Notes: a model not told the origin generated them from the sequence alone. A stretch of DNA of 64,000 nt from an uncultured Gammaproteobacteria bacterium (GCA_964540825.1 CAZINT010000004.1:88835-152834); one strand, 5' to 3'; positions 10,555 through 19,923 are shown, numbered from the stretch's first letter. Numbers and translations: made by a program.

Positions 10555-11448
10555 ATGAGTATCGAGTTATTATGCCAAAAATTCTGCGAATACCTTTCCT
10601 ATATTCGCGGCTTCGCACCGACCACCATCATCCGCTACAAGATGGTGCTAAAGCTGTATACCAACTTTGCCAAGATTACTACTATAGAGGAAGTAACCGA
10701 CGATAACACCCGTGATTTCTTCTACTTTGGCCGTACCGACCGTCGGTGGGCCTCAAATTCGTTCATCACCTACCACAAAACCCTGGTTGTTTTCTTCCGG
10801 TGGTGCGTAGAGCACCGATATATGGCTAAAAACCCGATGGACGACATCGAGATACCGAAGCTGCATAAGCGGTTGCCGCCGAAACTGACTAAACAGGACT
10901 CGCTGCGGCTACTGGAGGTGGTCTATAACTACCCGTATCACTATAGGTTTGAGCGCTACCGCAACCATGCGATCTTTGCTACCTTCCTTTTCACTGGTAT
11001 AAGGCGTAAGGAGCTAATAAATCTCAAGTTTACCGATGTTGATCTGCAAAACCTATCTATCTTCATCAACCAAGGCAAGGGTGGTAAGGACCGGGTACTG
11101 CCGATTCCCCTTACCCTGGCCGAAAGCCTCCGGCGCTACCTGGAGGAGCGGAAGCGGTTAAAAAAGACGTGTCCGGAATTCTTCGCATCCCTGTTTAAGG
11201 ACCAGGGGTTCACTACCAGTGGCCTCAAACACCTCGTTGACCGCTTCGTACCTGCCTCAAAAATACAGTTCAATATCCATCGGTTGCGGCACACTTTCGC
11301 CACTCTCATGCTGGAGGGCGGATGCGATATTTTCTCCCTATCTAAGCTTATGGGACACAGTGATATTAAGACCACCACCATTTATCTGGCCGCCAGCCCC
11401 GACCATTTAAGGGGGCAGATTATGAAGCATCCATTAAATAATATTTAA
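10555..11448 (+). CDS. Tyrosine recombinase/integrase (XerC/D-like)
   Basis: Catalytic set intact: TGIRRKE, GKGGK, HRLRH, MGH, TTIY. Confidence 0.93.
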   Translation: MSIELLCQKFCEYLSYIRGFAPTTIIRYKMVLKLYTNFAKITTIEEVTDDNTRDFFYFGRTDRRWASNSFITYHKTLVVFFRWCVEHRYMAKNPMDDIEIPKLHKRLPPKLTKQDSLRLLEVVYNYPYHYRFERYRNHAIFATFLFTGIRRKELINLKFTDVDLQNLSIFINQGKGGKDRVLPIPLTLAESLRRYLEERKRLKKTCPEFFASLFKDQGFTTSGLKHLVDRFVPASKIQFNIHRLRHTFATLMLEGGCDIFSLSKLMGHSDIKTTTIYLAASPDHLRGQIMKHPLNNI

Positions 11449-11506
11449 CTCTATTTGCCAAATTCACCTCTTTGCCTTAGAATAGTTTAAAGTCTGTTTT
11501 CTTTCT

Positions 11507-12247
11507 ATGCCAAAATCCTACAAGCGCAACTACTTATCAAGCGTCATTTTTAGGCTTGATTTTTTTCAAGATATAGCGATAGGAGAACTTCGTGAATATA
11601 GTAAAAAAATTAAATCTATTTTACCAATTCGCGAAGAAAAGGAGGGCGTTTCCGGAATGATTAATCTTGATTTTACAAGTGGTGATGTGAGACAAGCAAG
11701 TAGAAAAATCTCTACATGGCTTTTTTCTAATAAGAATAAAAATAAAAAACTAGAAGTTGGTTTAAACTACATATACTTAGAATATACAAACCACTCATAT
11801 AAAAACTCTTTGGAACTTCTTTCTGATATTAATGCATTAATTTTTCCTTTTCTTGAAAGCTACGAAATTGGCACAGCTCGCAGAGTTGGCTTGAGGTACA
11901 CAAACGAAATAAATTTAAACGAAAAGAACCCTCTCGATTGGAGTAAATATATTAATAAAAAATTAATTGGTGGTTTAGACTTTGGTTCTAAAAAAATAGC
12001 ACGCTCAATGGGTCAGGTTATCTTAAAAGAAGAAAATGGTGATCTTGTTTTTAACTTTGGTATGTGGAACAAAGACTATCCAAATCAAATCTTAAATAAA
12101 GAATTTATTCTTGATTTTGACTGTTATTCAAATCTAGGAATCTCTAGAGATAAAATTATTGAGAGAGTTAAAGAATACAACAATATAATCGAGGGTTTAT
12201 TTGAAGACAGTATAACAGATAACTTTAGAAAAATACTTAATAAATAG
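11507..12247 (+). CDS. TIGR04255-like protein of unknown function
   Basis: N-terminal YKRNYLSSVIFRLDF, central RRVGLRYTNEI, FILDFDCY, and the C-terminus LFEDSITDNFR, as recalled for this family. Confidence 0.65.
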   Translation: MPKSYKRNYLSSVIFRLDFFQDIAIGELREYSKKIKSILPIREEKEGVSGMINLDFTSGDVRQASRKISTWLFSNKNKNKKLEVGLNYIYLEYTNHSYKNSLELLSDINALIFPFLESYEIGTARRVGLRYTNEINLNEKNPLDWSKYINKKLIGGLDFGSKKIARSMGQVILKEENGDLVFNFGMWNKDYPNQILNKEFILDFDCYSNLGISRDKIIERVKEYNNIIEGLFEDSITDNFRKILNK

Positions 12248-12252
12248 CTGCC

Positions 12253-12471
12253 ATGACAACCATAGACAGTGGAACCCTAAAAGCAAGTTACGCGGATTTT
12301 TCTAAATTCAACTCCAGCAGAAGCCCCGTAACAGGAAGCTTTCCTGGGAAAAATCTAGAGAGCACAAAAGACCACAACGCAGACTACAATGTTTTTAAAG
12401 GTTCTTATTCATACCCTATAAAAAGATCACGCTCAGAAAAAATCGTTGTGTATGTTCGCAAGCAAGATTAA
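12253..12471 (+). CDS. Small hypothetical protein (72 aa)
   Basis: Starts 5 nt after the upstream stop and overlaps the downstream start; fills the operon gap. Confidence 0.55.
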   Translation: MTTIDSGTLKASYADFSKFNSSRSPVTGSFPGKNLESTKDHNADYNVFKGSYSYPIKRSRSEKIVVYVRKQD

Positions 12472-13063
12472 GTCGCAATATATTAAGCTTAGAAAAAGCA
12501 GATTCTGCCAAGGTGACATACTCAGAGATATCTACATAAGTTTTGGCTCAGATCTGGGAGAATCAGACAAGAAGCAGCTTGAAAGACATTACTTGCCCTA
12601 CTGCATAATAATGACCCAAGATTGCGACCTTAACTCTGACCATGTAGAAAGAATAAAAAATAGGGGCCACGATAAATATTTGCAAGCGATTTTGCTATGC
12701 CCCGCTTATCAAGAAGATTTGTTTTTTGCTGGTACACATATAGAAAACTGGCAAATGCAACAAATGTCTTCAAAACTAAAAGATAGAATAAAAGAAAATA
12801 ATTATTTTGAACGGTACCACCACATTGAGGGCGATCACACATCTGCTATTCCAAATCTTGTAATTGATTTTAAGCATTTTTTTACCGTTCCTCGTGACTT
12901 AATTTATAAAGACCGAAAAAAAATCTATCTTATAACTCTAAATGAACTTTTTAGAGAGAGGTTGTCTCAAAGATTTGCCAACTACCTATCACGGTTTGGC
13001 TTACCAGATTTAAAAATCAGAACAGACAACCAAGCCCTCTCTGTTCCACAGGACTCCCCCTAG
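12452..13063 (+). CDS. Hypothetical protein with QGDI...TQDCDL motif (possible MazF/PemK-like fold)
   Basis: FCQGDIL, PYCIIMTQDCDL, ILLCP, LVIDFKHFFTV, RLSQRFANYLSRFGLP. Confidence 0.65.
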   Translation: MFASKIKSQYIKLRKSRFCQGDILRDIYISFGSDLGESDKKQLERHYLPYCIIMTQDCDLNSDHVERIKNRGHDKYLQAILLCPAYQEDLFFAGTHIENWQMQQMSSKLKDRIKENNYFERYHHIEGDHTSAIPNLVIDFKHFFTVPRDLIYKDRKKIYLITLNELFRERLSQRFANYLSRFGLPDLKIRTDNQALSVPQDSP

Positions 13064-13153
13064 AGAAATCCACATGTAAACAAGGGTTTGCCTAATTTAA
13101 GATTTAAAGGCTGTGCAGTCTTAAAATACCTCATTAAGGATGGGGTGTTTTTA

Positions 13154-13996
13154 TTATTGCACTACTGCAAAACGATAGGGAGGAAAGGGCTCTTCCTTGT
13201 TAGGATTTTTTATAATGGCTAGTGATGGGCCAGTCTTTAATAACAAAGAAAGTACGAGCACCTCGTGAGTAAATCCATTTATCTCATTAATTATTCTGTT
13301 TAAAAAAACACTTACTTCCTCTGGAGTAGAGCCATGAATAATATATTGAGGTGTTACCTGCTGCGTTACATGTTGAAAGGTTATATTCGAAACATTTTTT
13401 AAGCCTCCGTGATGTACAGGGGCATCTCTAAGCAATACTATATAAGAAATATATTCAATTCTATCCTCGATAAATTTTATTAAACTAATCGAGTTTAACT
13501 TGTGTCTTTCAGGAAGGTTGTTTTTTAATTGTTCTATTATACCTCGACCGCTCTCTTCCTTTCCGTTTTCCTTATTCTTTTGTTTATTCCAGCCTCTAAA
13601 TTTCAGATCAAATAAGGGATTAAAGGTCTTTGCTAAGGAATCTAGCGCAGCCTTAATTTGCGTTAAAACCGCATCAATTTCGCCATTTAAATCAGGTGAA
13701 TGCAAAGCCTGGTTCGTATTAGTTGGAGCATTTGAACATTTACTTTTAAAATCATTTATAACTTTTTCTTTCTGTAATAAATATTTTCTTCTATGACTAT
13801 TCGCTTTAAATAAAGCGTCGGTCACTCCTCTTACATGGTCAAAATATAAGTCATGTAATTTTTTATCTGCTAGTATAAAATCTCCTACCTGCAAGCCTAT
13901 TATCATACTTAGGGTGTTATCCAAAATTTCTTTGTCTAAAACATCCTGTGGTTCAAATAAGCTGGTTAATACAAAATTTTCAATTGGGTTTTGCAT
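13154..13996 (-). CDS. Putative HEPN-domain protein (Cthe_2314-like)
   Basis: Helical protein with EIDAVLTQIKAALDSLA and RxxxxH motif RDAPVH. Confidence 0.55.
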   Translation of the reverse strand: MQNPIENFVLTSLFEPQDVLDKEILDNTLSMIIGLQVGDFILADKKLHDLYFDHVRGVTDALFKANSHRRKYLLQKEKVINDFKSKCSNAPTNTNQALHSPDLNGEIDAVLTQIKAALDSLAKTFNPLFDLKFRGWNKQKNKENGKEESGRGIIEQLKNNLPERHKLNSISLIKFIEDRIEYISYIVLLRDAPVHHGGLKNVSNITFQHVTQQVTPQYIIHGSTPEEVSVFLNRIINEINGFTHEVLVLSLLLKTGPSLAIIKNPNKEEPFPPYRFAVVQ

Positions 13997-14031
13997 AAAA
14001 TTTTAATTGTAGCTGTTGTGTAAATTAACTA

Positions 14032-14060
14032 TTGCTTTCTTCTAGAGCATACAGTATTCT
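14032..14060 (+). promoter_or_regulatory. sigma70 promoter of the structured leader RNA/thermonuclease
   Basis: TTGCTT-17 nt-TATTCT; predicted +1 near 14067, the first base pairs of the RNA stem. Confidence 0.55.
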
Positions 14061-14065
14061 ATATT

Positions 14066-14209
14066 TGCTGCCTATATTAATCAAAATAACCCTTTCACGG
14101 GCGACTGTTTCTATAGCCAATTGTGGCTAGAGATGGACAGTCGCACCTCCACAATTGGAGCCCGTAAGGGTTTTGATTAATGTGGGCAGCAGGTCGGCTG
14201 TCCTTTTTT
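14066..14209 (+). ncRNA. Structured leader RNA/candidate riboswitch or sRNA with overlapping terminator
   Basis: 21-bp basal stem 14066-14086/14171-14191 with two G.U pairs, a three-way junction, complementary loops, and an alternative terminator gggcagc/gctgtcc + T6. Confidence 0.6.
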
Positions 14210-14229
14210 ATTTCAGCCCTTAAATACCT

Positions 14230-15183
14230 ATGTCTATTACAAAACTTAGTACCTGGCGAACTACATTAGGAATTGGTGTTGTTTTATCCCTACTTACTAT
14301 TGTAGGATGCGCGACCACGCCTACGTCCTCCATTGGTACGGATGGAACCTCGACCGCTATAGAGAATGATACCTTGTTGGCTGCAACCACAGCTAAAGTG
14401 GAATCTATAGATACCTCTAAGGATCAAAAACTGTCGGCCACAACGCCCACACAAACAAAAACTACGGATCAGCGAAAACCGACAACAGATACACCTACAA
14501 AACCGACCACTCCTCAGAACGATCTCTACACAGTTACCAAAGTCGTAGATGGCGACACTATCGACGTAACCAAAGATGGAAAAACCCTTCGTGTCCGGTA
14601 TATCGGCATGGATACCCCCGAAACCGTACATCCAAGCAAAGGCGTGCAATGCTTCGGTAAAGACGCTTCCAGCAAGAATAAGGAACTAATACTAGGTAAG
14701 CAGGTACGCCTTGAAAAAGATGTCTCTGAAACTGATCGTTACGGTCGGTTCCTCCGGTATGTCTATCTAGGTGACACTTTCATTAACTTAGAGCTAGTAA
14801 AGCAGGGTTACGCTACTGCCGCCACCTTCCCACCTGACGTTAAACACTCACAGGACTTCGTAGCAGCTGAGCGTGAAGCCAGAGAAGCCAAACGTGGCCT
14901 GTGGGCCTCCTGTAAGTCTACAGAGGCTACCAGCAGCCCTAAAACGACCACCACAAACCAACCAACCGCCTCAAATCCAACTCCGGCACCCACACCTACA
15001 TCTCCCACACCTAATGGCTGCACTATTAAAGGCAATATTAGTACTAGAAAAGAGAAAATTTATCACCTACCAGGGTGTGGCTCCTATACCAAGACTTCGA
15101 TCGACGAGAGTGCCGGAGAGCGTTGGTTCTGTACGGAGCAACAAGCGGTACAGGCGGGGTGGAGAAAAGCGGAAAACTGCTAG
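14230..15183 (+). CDS. Thermonuclease (SNase family) lipoprotein with C-terminal Cys/His domain
   Basis: Lipobox IVGC; [36 protein letters not shown]; C-terminal [22 protein letters not shown]. Confidence 0.88.
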   Translation: MSITKLSTWRTTLGIGVVLSLLTIVGCATTPTSSIGTDGTSTAIENDTLLAATTAKVESIDTSKDQKLSATTPTQTKTTDQRKPTTDTPTKPTTPQNDLYTVTKVVDGDTIDVTKDGKTLRVRYIGMDTPETVHPSKGVQCFGKDASSKNKELILGKQVRLEKDVSETDRYGRFLRYVYLGDTFINLELVKQGYATAATFPPDVKHSQDFVAAEREAREAKRGLWASCKSTEATSSPKTTTTNQPTASNPTPAPTPTSPTPNGCTIKGNISTRKEKIYHLPGCGSYTKTSIDESAGERWFCTEQQAVQAGWRKAENC

Positions 15184-15282
15184 AACACCATAAAATTATA
15201 GAGAAAAACAGGGCAAACACCCTGCTTTTTTCTTATTTAAAACATCTTAAAAGAATCATACTATATGATATACTCCTATCAT

Positions 15283-16557
15283 ATGAATGATCCAATTCGT
15301 CGTAAATTAACCGGGGAACTATCTATAAGCGCTGACTATAAAAATAACGAATCTACAAAATCTGTTGTTTTTCGTCGTTTAGTTGAAAAAAAATTTGTAG
15401 AAAGTATTCCCAGGGAAAAACTAGAGGAAATGATTCGGAACGATCTTAAAAAAGTTTCTATCACACCTGTAAATGGCATATTTAACGCTCACCAGTTATT
15501 TCACTATACTAATTCTGATTTTTTAAAAGATTTTGACTTTGGAAACACCTTGATTCAAGCTCATATACCATATTGCCTTCATTTTCCCAATCATTACGAA
15601 ATAATTGTAGATATTCCTGAAAAAAAACTAGAAGCCCTTGTTATCTTTGAAAAAATCTGGACGAGCCGCGCCCAAACAGAAGACAAAAAGTCAGATACCG
15701 TTGATTTCTTTGCGGAAGACTGCGTAACTTATTTTAAGGATAGTATTATCCAGACCCCTCAAATACCTTTATCCGCTCAAGAGGGGTGGGAGTCTCTTTT
15801 TACAGGAACGAACATAGAAAAAATGAGTGACCAGAACGGCATTTTTCGTTTTACAAGAGTTCTTATCCAGTTTGATACCAATTTTCCGCAAGATATGAAC
15901 CAGGGCGACTACAAATCTTTGTTGCCACGAGTCGAGGAAATAGCACTTACCGCTATTAACCGCGTAATTGATGTATATCGCGAGGTCACAAATGAATTTT
16001 TCATAAGAAGACTTGGAAGTTTAAATATAAATTTAATTTATTTTATTCCTAAGAATGAAGGTTTTTACCTACTTCCTACCAATATTGAAACAGCAAAGAT
16101 TAACCGATCAGGCAAAGAAATTGAAGAAATATCAGCTAAATTAGAGGCGGGACACAAACCAGAAGTTTACAAGTTACTTTTATTTAACGCATATAGTTCT
16201 TTTGAAACAAAGGATTACACATTGGCTATAGTAGAATCATTCCAGTCTCTAGAAATTTTTTTGGAAAATTATTTAGTAAATCTTTTCAAAGTAAAAAATA
16301 TTCATAAAAAAGAATATCGTAAAATCCTCAAAAAAAACTGGAAGACAAAAGATAGATTAACCGAAGTGCTCAAAAATCTTATTGGGGTGTCTCTCGATAA
16401 ACAACTAAATATTTGGCCTAAATGGTGTGCTCGCTACGATCAAACTCGTAACAGAGTAATACACGGAGGCAAAGAACCATCACCGTTAGAAACCAAGGAA
16501 ACACTGGAAATTAACCAGAAAGTTATTGAATGGCTAAACTCAATAACGACTAAATAA
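15283..16557 (+). CDS. Hypothetical protein with C-terminal HEPN-like domain
   Basis: AIVESFQSLEIFLE helix and RxxxxH motif RNRVIH. Confidence 0.6.
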   Translation: MNDPIRRKLTGELSISADYKNNESTKSVVFRRLVEKKFVESIPREKLEEMIRNDLKKVSITPVNGIFNAHQLFHYTNSDFLKDFDFGNTLIQAHIPYCLHFPNHYEIIVDIPEKKLEALVIFEKIWTSRAQTEDKKSDTVDFFAEDCVTYFKDSIIQTPQIPLSAQEGWESLFTGTNIEKMSDQNGIFRFTRVLIQFDTNFPQDMNQGDYKSLLPRVEEIALTAINRVIDVYREVTNEFFIRRLGSLNINLIYFIPKNEGFYLLPTNIETAKINRSGKEIEEISAKLEAGHKPEVYKLLLFNAYSSFETKDYTLAIVESFQSLEIFLENYLVNLFKVKNIHKKEYRKILKKNWKTKDRLTEVLKNLIGVSLDKQLNIWPKWCARYDQTRNRVIHGGKEPSPLETKETLEINQKVIEWLNSITTK

Positions 16558-16571
16558 CATCTTCAAATCAT

Positions 16572-17366
16572 ATGGTTGTAAATAGTCGTAAATTAAAAAA
16601 CGCTATCTCAAATAATATAAAAAATTACTTTGCCAAGGATAAAACGGTTTTTGATAACCTCAATTCCCTATTCAACCTTTTGTTTGACCACCCGGTTTAT
16701 ATTGAACGAGCTAAAAGGGTGCGGGGTATTTTTCTACTTCCAAAAGACACTGGCCTGTTGTCAGGTGAAGAAGCGTTGGTGTGGGAAAACGATAATGGAG
16801 ATAAATTAAAAAAATTGCGTGACGCCGTCACAAAACTCCTAACTGGTTTTGCTATTCCTGAGGCTTTTCGGGACCGTGTTTTTTATTTTACTTATGACTA
16901 TATTATATCTAAAAATAGCATCCTCTCTTTGTTAGTCGAAAATTTTGATAGCCCAAACCAGAAAGATGAGGGATACAAACGTGCCCCCAAACTACTTAGC
17001 TTCCGCACCGTTCACACCTTACCTGACCGTGAATTGAATAAATATTTGTTGGACACCAACGCCTTATACCTTCAAATAGGCCCTGGTATGAACTTAGCAA
17101 CACTGCAAAAAGTCTACACGGAAGTAATTATGAAAAATAAAGAACAGCTTTTACCGCTTGAGGCACCGAGTCCAGAGGAAAAAGCGCGACTGATCTGGCG
17201 CATGCGAATGGAAAAATTTAGACCTAAAAAAATTATTGAAGTTTTGAAGATAAAGTATATTCATGAGCCAATAAAAATCGACCACCACTTCGTCAAAACA
17301 AATACTTACCGCTACACCAAAGCACTTCAGACACTCAAGATGTTTGATCCAAAAAAGTATTTATAA
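16572..17366 (+). CDS. Hypothetical protein (possible C-terminal HTH)
   Basis: 264-aa ORF 14 nt after the upstream gene, followed by a terminator-like hairpin. Confidence 0.6.
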   Translation: MVVNSRKLKNAISNNIKNYFAKDKTVFDNLNSLFNLLFDHPVYIERAKRVRGIFLLPKDTGLLSGEEALVWENDNGDKLKKLRDAVTKLLTGFAIPEAFRDRVFYFTYDYIISKNSILSLLVENFDSPNQKDEGYKRAPKLLSFRTVHTLPDRELNKYLLDTNALYLQIGPGMNLATLQKVYTEVIMKNKEQLLPLEAPSPEEKARLIWRMRMEKFRPKKIIEVLKIKYIHEPIKIDHHFVKTNTYRYTKALQTLKMFDPKKYL

Positions 17367-17500
17367 AAGAGCTTGCTAAAAAGCTCTTTTTCTTTTAACA
17401 AGTGTGCCAATATTTTTATCGGCTGATTTTTGTTACCCTAGGGTCAGTGTTTGCACGATAGCGACCACAATCTCATGTCCATAATGTCCTAGTTAAAAAT

Positions 17501-17965
17501 ATGCAGCCAAACGAAAAAGAGGACTTTGATTTAAAGTCGCTTGAAATTCAAGAGCGCAGACAAAAGGTCGAACAGTTTCATATTCAAGGCTTTTCTATCC
17601 TGCGGATGGCCCAAGAGTTAAAAGTAAACCCCCGAACCATTGTTCGCGACATTCAGGCGAACCGACAAGAACGGCTCTCTATGCTTGATGGGTACAGTGG
17701 AAGCATAGACTGGCTCCGTAACAGACTTGGTGATCACGTCAGTCTTATGGATAACGCCCGCTACCGCTTACTGCAAATTGCCGAAAACTCTACAGATGAC
17801 ATGGTAAAAGCTAAAGCCTTAAAACTCGCCACAGAGGTCGACAAAGACACTGTCGATACAGTTCTCAAACTTATGTGGTCGTTTAAAGATTTTATGTATG
17901 CTGGACCCTACCTTGCTAGACCTGTCGGCCTTAAAAAAGAGGACGGACTTCAGGAAAAAGCGTAA
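17501..17965 (+). CDS. Helix-turn-helix DNA-binding protein
   Basis: RRQKVEQFHIQGFSILRMAQELKVNPRTIVRDI HTH signature. Confidence 0.7.
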   Translation: MQPNEKEDFDLKSLEIQERRQKVEQFHIQGFSILRMAQELKVNPRTIVRDIQANRQERLSMLDGYSGSIDWLRNRLGDHVSLMDNARYRLLQIAENSTDDMVKAKALKLATEVDKDTVDTVLKLMWSFKDFMYAGPYLARPVGLKKEDGLQEKA

Positions 17966-18161
17966 ATTTTCCCTTTCCTTGAAGCCGCCTTATAAAAACA
18001 TTTCTGAATGTCCGCCAGAGAAAAAGACTGATTACCTATTCTATCTGTACTTACGTGGCATGCAAACCGGCAGCGGACCGGATGTTAGAAGGTTTCTTGC
18101 AGCCACTAATCAATTGCCAGAAAAAAAATCTTATGACTCACAGCCTACAAGAACTGCATAA
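17898..18161 (+). CDS. Small hypothetical protein
   Basis: Bridges the HTH gene and the second integrase, overlapping both; no motif recognised. Confidence 0.35.
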   Translation: MLDPTLLDLSALKKRTDFRKKRKFSLSLKPPYKNISECPPEKKTDYLFYLYLRGMQTGSGPDVRRFLAATNQLPEKKSYDSQPTRTA

Positions 18162-19083
18162 ACAATTTATAAGGGAAAAAGAACTGGTTGATGAGTTTCG
18201 GCCTGCAACTTCAACAAATCATCGGGTAACTCTTGATTTACTATTAAAATTTAATCCTGCTATAACCCTAGCAGATCTAACCTATACTACTATGCTTGAT
18301 TTCTTTCAATTTCTAAAAAAACGCACAAGATTAGTTAGCGGAAGTGCTTCCAAACAAGGAGTTAAAACATCGACCTTAGCCACCCATTACGGAAAGCTGA
18401 ACACCTTTCTTAAGTGGCTTATCGTACACAACCACTTAGCGGAGAATCCTTTAAAGGACATCCCCTACCCCGAACCTGATTATAGTGATCGTCGGGCTTT
18501 AGACGAAAGTGAGTTGGCAAAAATTTTCGGCGCACTAGAGCACGGCATTGCCTACACCGATCTTTTTCGAAAAAAGCGTGACGCTGCTATATTTGCGGTA
18601 CTGCTTGGATGCGGCTTACGAAAAAATGAGCTTGTTAATCTCAGACTTATTGATATCAATCTCGAAAAACGTGAGCTTCGTGTGCGAAAGGAAACTTCTA
18701 AATCGAAAAAAGATCGTCATGTAGGTTTGAATTCAGACGTCACCATGCGTCTTGAAGATTACCTAAAAGCCCGCAGTGAAAAAGGCTACCAAAATGAATA
18801 CTTGTTTGTTTCCACAACTCATGACAATAGGTTTACAGCTAACGGTTTGAAGCACCTGATTCAAAGAGTCATCAGCGCTTCTGGGGTAAAATTTCACCCT
18901 CACCGTTTCCGCCACACCTTTATGTGGAACGCTGTACGTGCCGGAGTGCATATTGTTAAAATTCAACAAATGATGGGACACAAAGATCTACGCATGCTTC
19001 TTACCTATGCTCGTGGTATGCCTGCTAACAGTATGCTTGGTGATATGGAGCGAATACATCAGCAGCACTTCTATAGAAAATAA
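18133..19083 (+). CDS. Tyrosine recombinase/integrase
   Basis: CGLRKNE, SKSKK, HRFRH, MGH, LTY catalytic residues intact. Confidence 0.92.
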   Translation: MTHSLQELHKQFIREKELVDEFRPATSTNHRVTLDLLLKFNPAITLADLTYTTMLDFFQFLKKRTRLVSGSASKQGVKTSTLATHYGKLNTFLKWLIVHNHLAENPLKDIPYPEPDYSDRRALDESELAKIFGALEHGIAYTDLFRKKRDAAIFAVLLGCGLRKNELVNLRLIDINLEKRELRVRKETSKSKKDRHVGLNSDVTMRLEDYLKARSEKGYQNEYLFVSTTHDNRFTANGLKHLIQRVISASGVKFHPHRFRHTFMWNAVRAGVHIVKIQQMMGHKDLRMLLTYARGMPANSMLGDMERIHQQHFYRK

Positions 19084-19265
19084 TTGCTTTTCTGCCATGA
19101 ATTTGATACTTTACAGATACTTTATTCAGCAAAAACTGCACGCATTTCACCGAGTCAGTTTGGGCAGAGAAGCGGTCGCGGGCACTGATGTAAATTCGAG
19201 TAAAATTCTACACTATTTTATCTCAACCAAGCCATGAAACCCATGTATTGGGACCGGTTGAATTG

Positions 19266-19309
19266 ATGGCATGGAAGAGGTCAAGGGTTCAAGTCCCTTA
19301 AGGTCCACA
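19266..19309 (+). repeat. attR direct repeat (displaced tRNA-Ala 3' half)
   Basis: 44-bp identity with 10382-10425. Confidence 0.92.
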
Positions 19310-19334
19310 AAAACGGTATGCATACCGTTTTTTT
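19309..19334 (+). terminator. Original tRNA-Ala terminator displaced by the island
   Basis: aaaaacggta-tgca-taccgttttttt directly after attR. Confidence 0.75.
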
Positions 19335-19476
19335 ATTTTAGTTTATAACTAAACGTAAATTTTAAGCATTAAGGAGAGCTCTATACGGCCGTACCACTTG
19401 TTTGACACTACGAATTAAAACTGTCATTATCCCAACAGCCTCTCGGCTTTTTTGCCGAAAAATAAGGAGGAACACC

Positions 19477-19923
19477 ATGCGTTCACAGACGAGCTTGTTG
19501 TTGGTCGTCGTGGCACTTCTTGCCTCCGCCTGCACGCCGCAGCTGCAGGTTCGGGACCCCCGCCCGGAGATGAGGTCGGGCACGGTCTTCATGGCTGCAC
19601 AAGCCATGGCCGTGATGCCGATCAAGTTCGTCCCTGCTCCGCTGCCCTCCAAGCCGGGCATGTCCTACGCGTTCGATCTGAATGACGGCTTCGGAGAGCG
19701 CACGCTGCGCTGCCCAGGGAGCTACTCGCTCCGGGTGGCGCTCCGGCGCCTGGACGAAAAGGATGATCGTCAGATCGTCTATCCGCCCACTCGCGACACG
19801 AGAGGGCAAACCTCGATCACGATCGACCCCGTCCGTGCCAAAGGAGTGTATCCGGGAGTGCAGGTCGCCTACCTGGTCGACTGCATGATCCCGCCGCCTC
19901 GCGTGGCGACCCGAACGCCCTAA
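19477..19923 (+). CDS. GC-rich orphan lipoprotein
   Basis: TAAGGAGG SD, lipobox LASAC, G/C-ending codons, own TTGACA-17-CATTAT promoter at 19402. Confidence 0.7.
   Translation: MRSQTSLLLVVVALLASACTPQLQVRDPRPEMRSGTVFMAAQAMAVMPIKFVPAPLPSKPGMSYAFDLNDGFGERTLRCPGSYSLRVALRRLDEKDDRQIVYPPTRDTRGQTSITIDPVRAKGVYPGVQVAYLVDCMIPPPRVATRTP

Larger units (their letters stand above)
10382..19309. mobile_element. 8.9 kb integrative element/genomic island in tRNA-Ala(GGC) with two tyrosine recombinases
   Basis: Exact 44-bp direct repeat of the tRNA 3' half at both ends, an integrase gene next to each end, AT-rich cargo. Confidence 0.92.
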
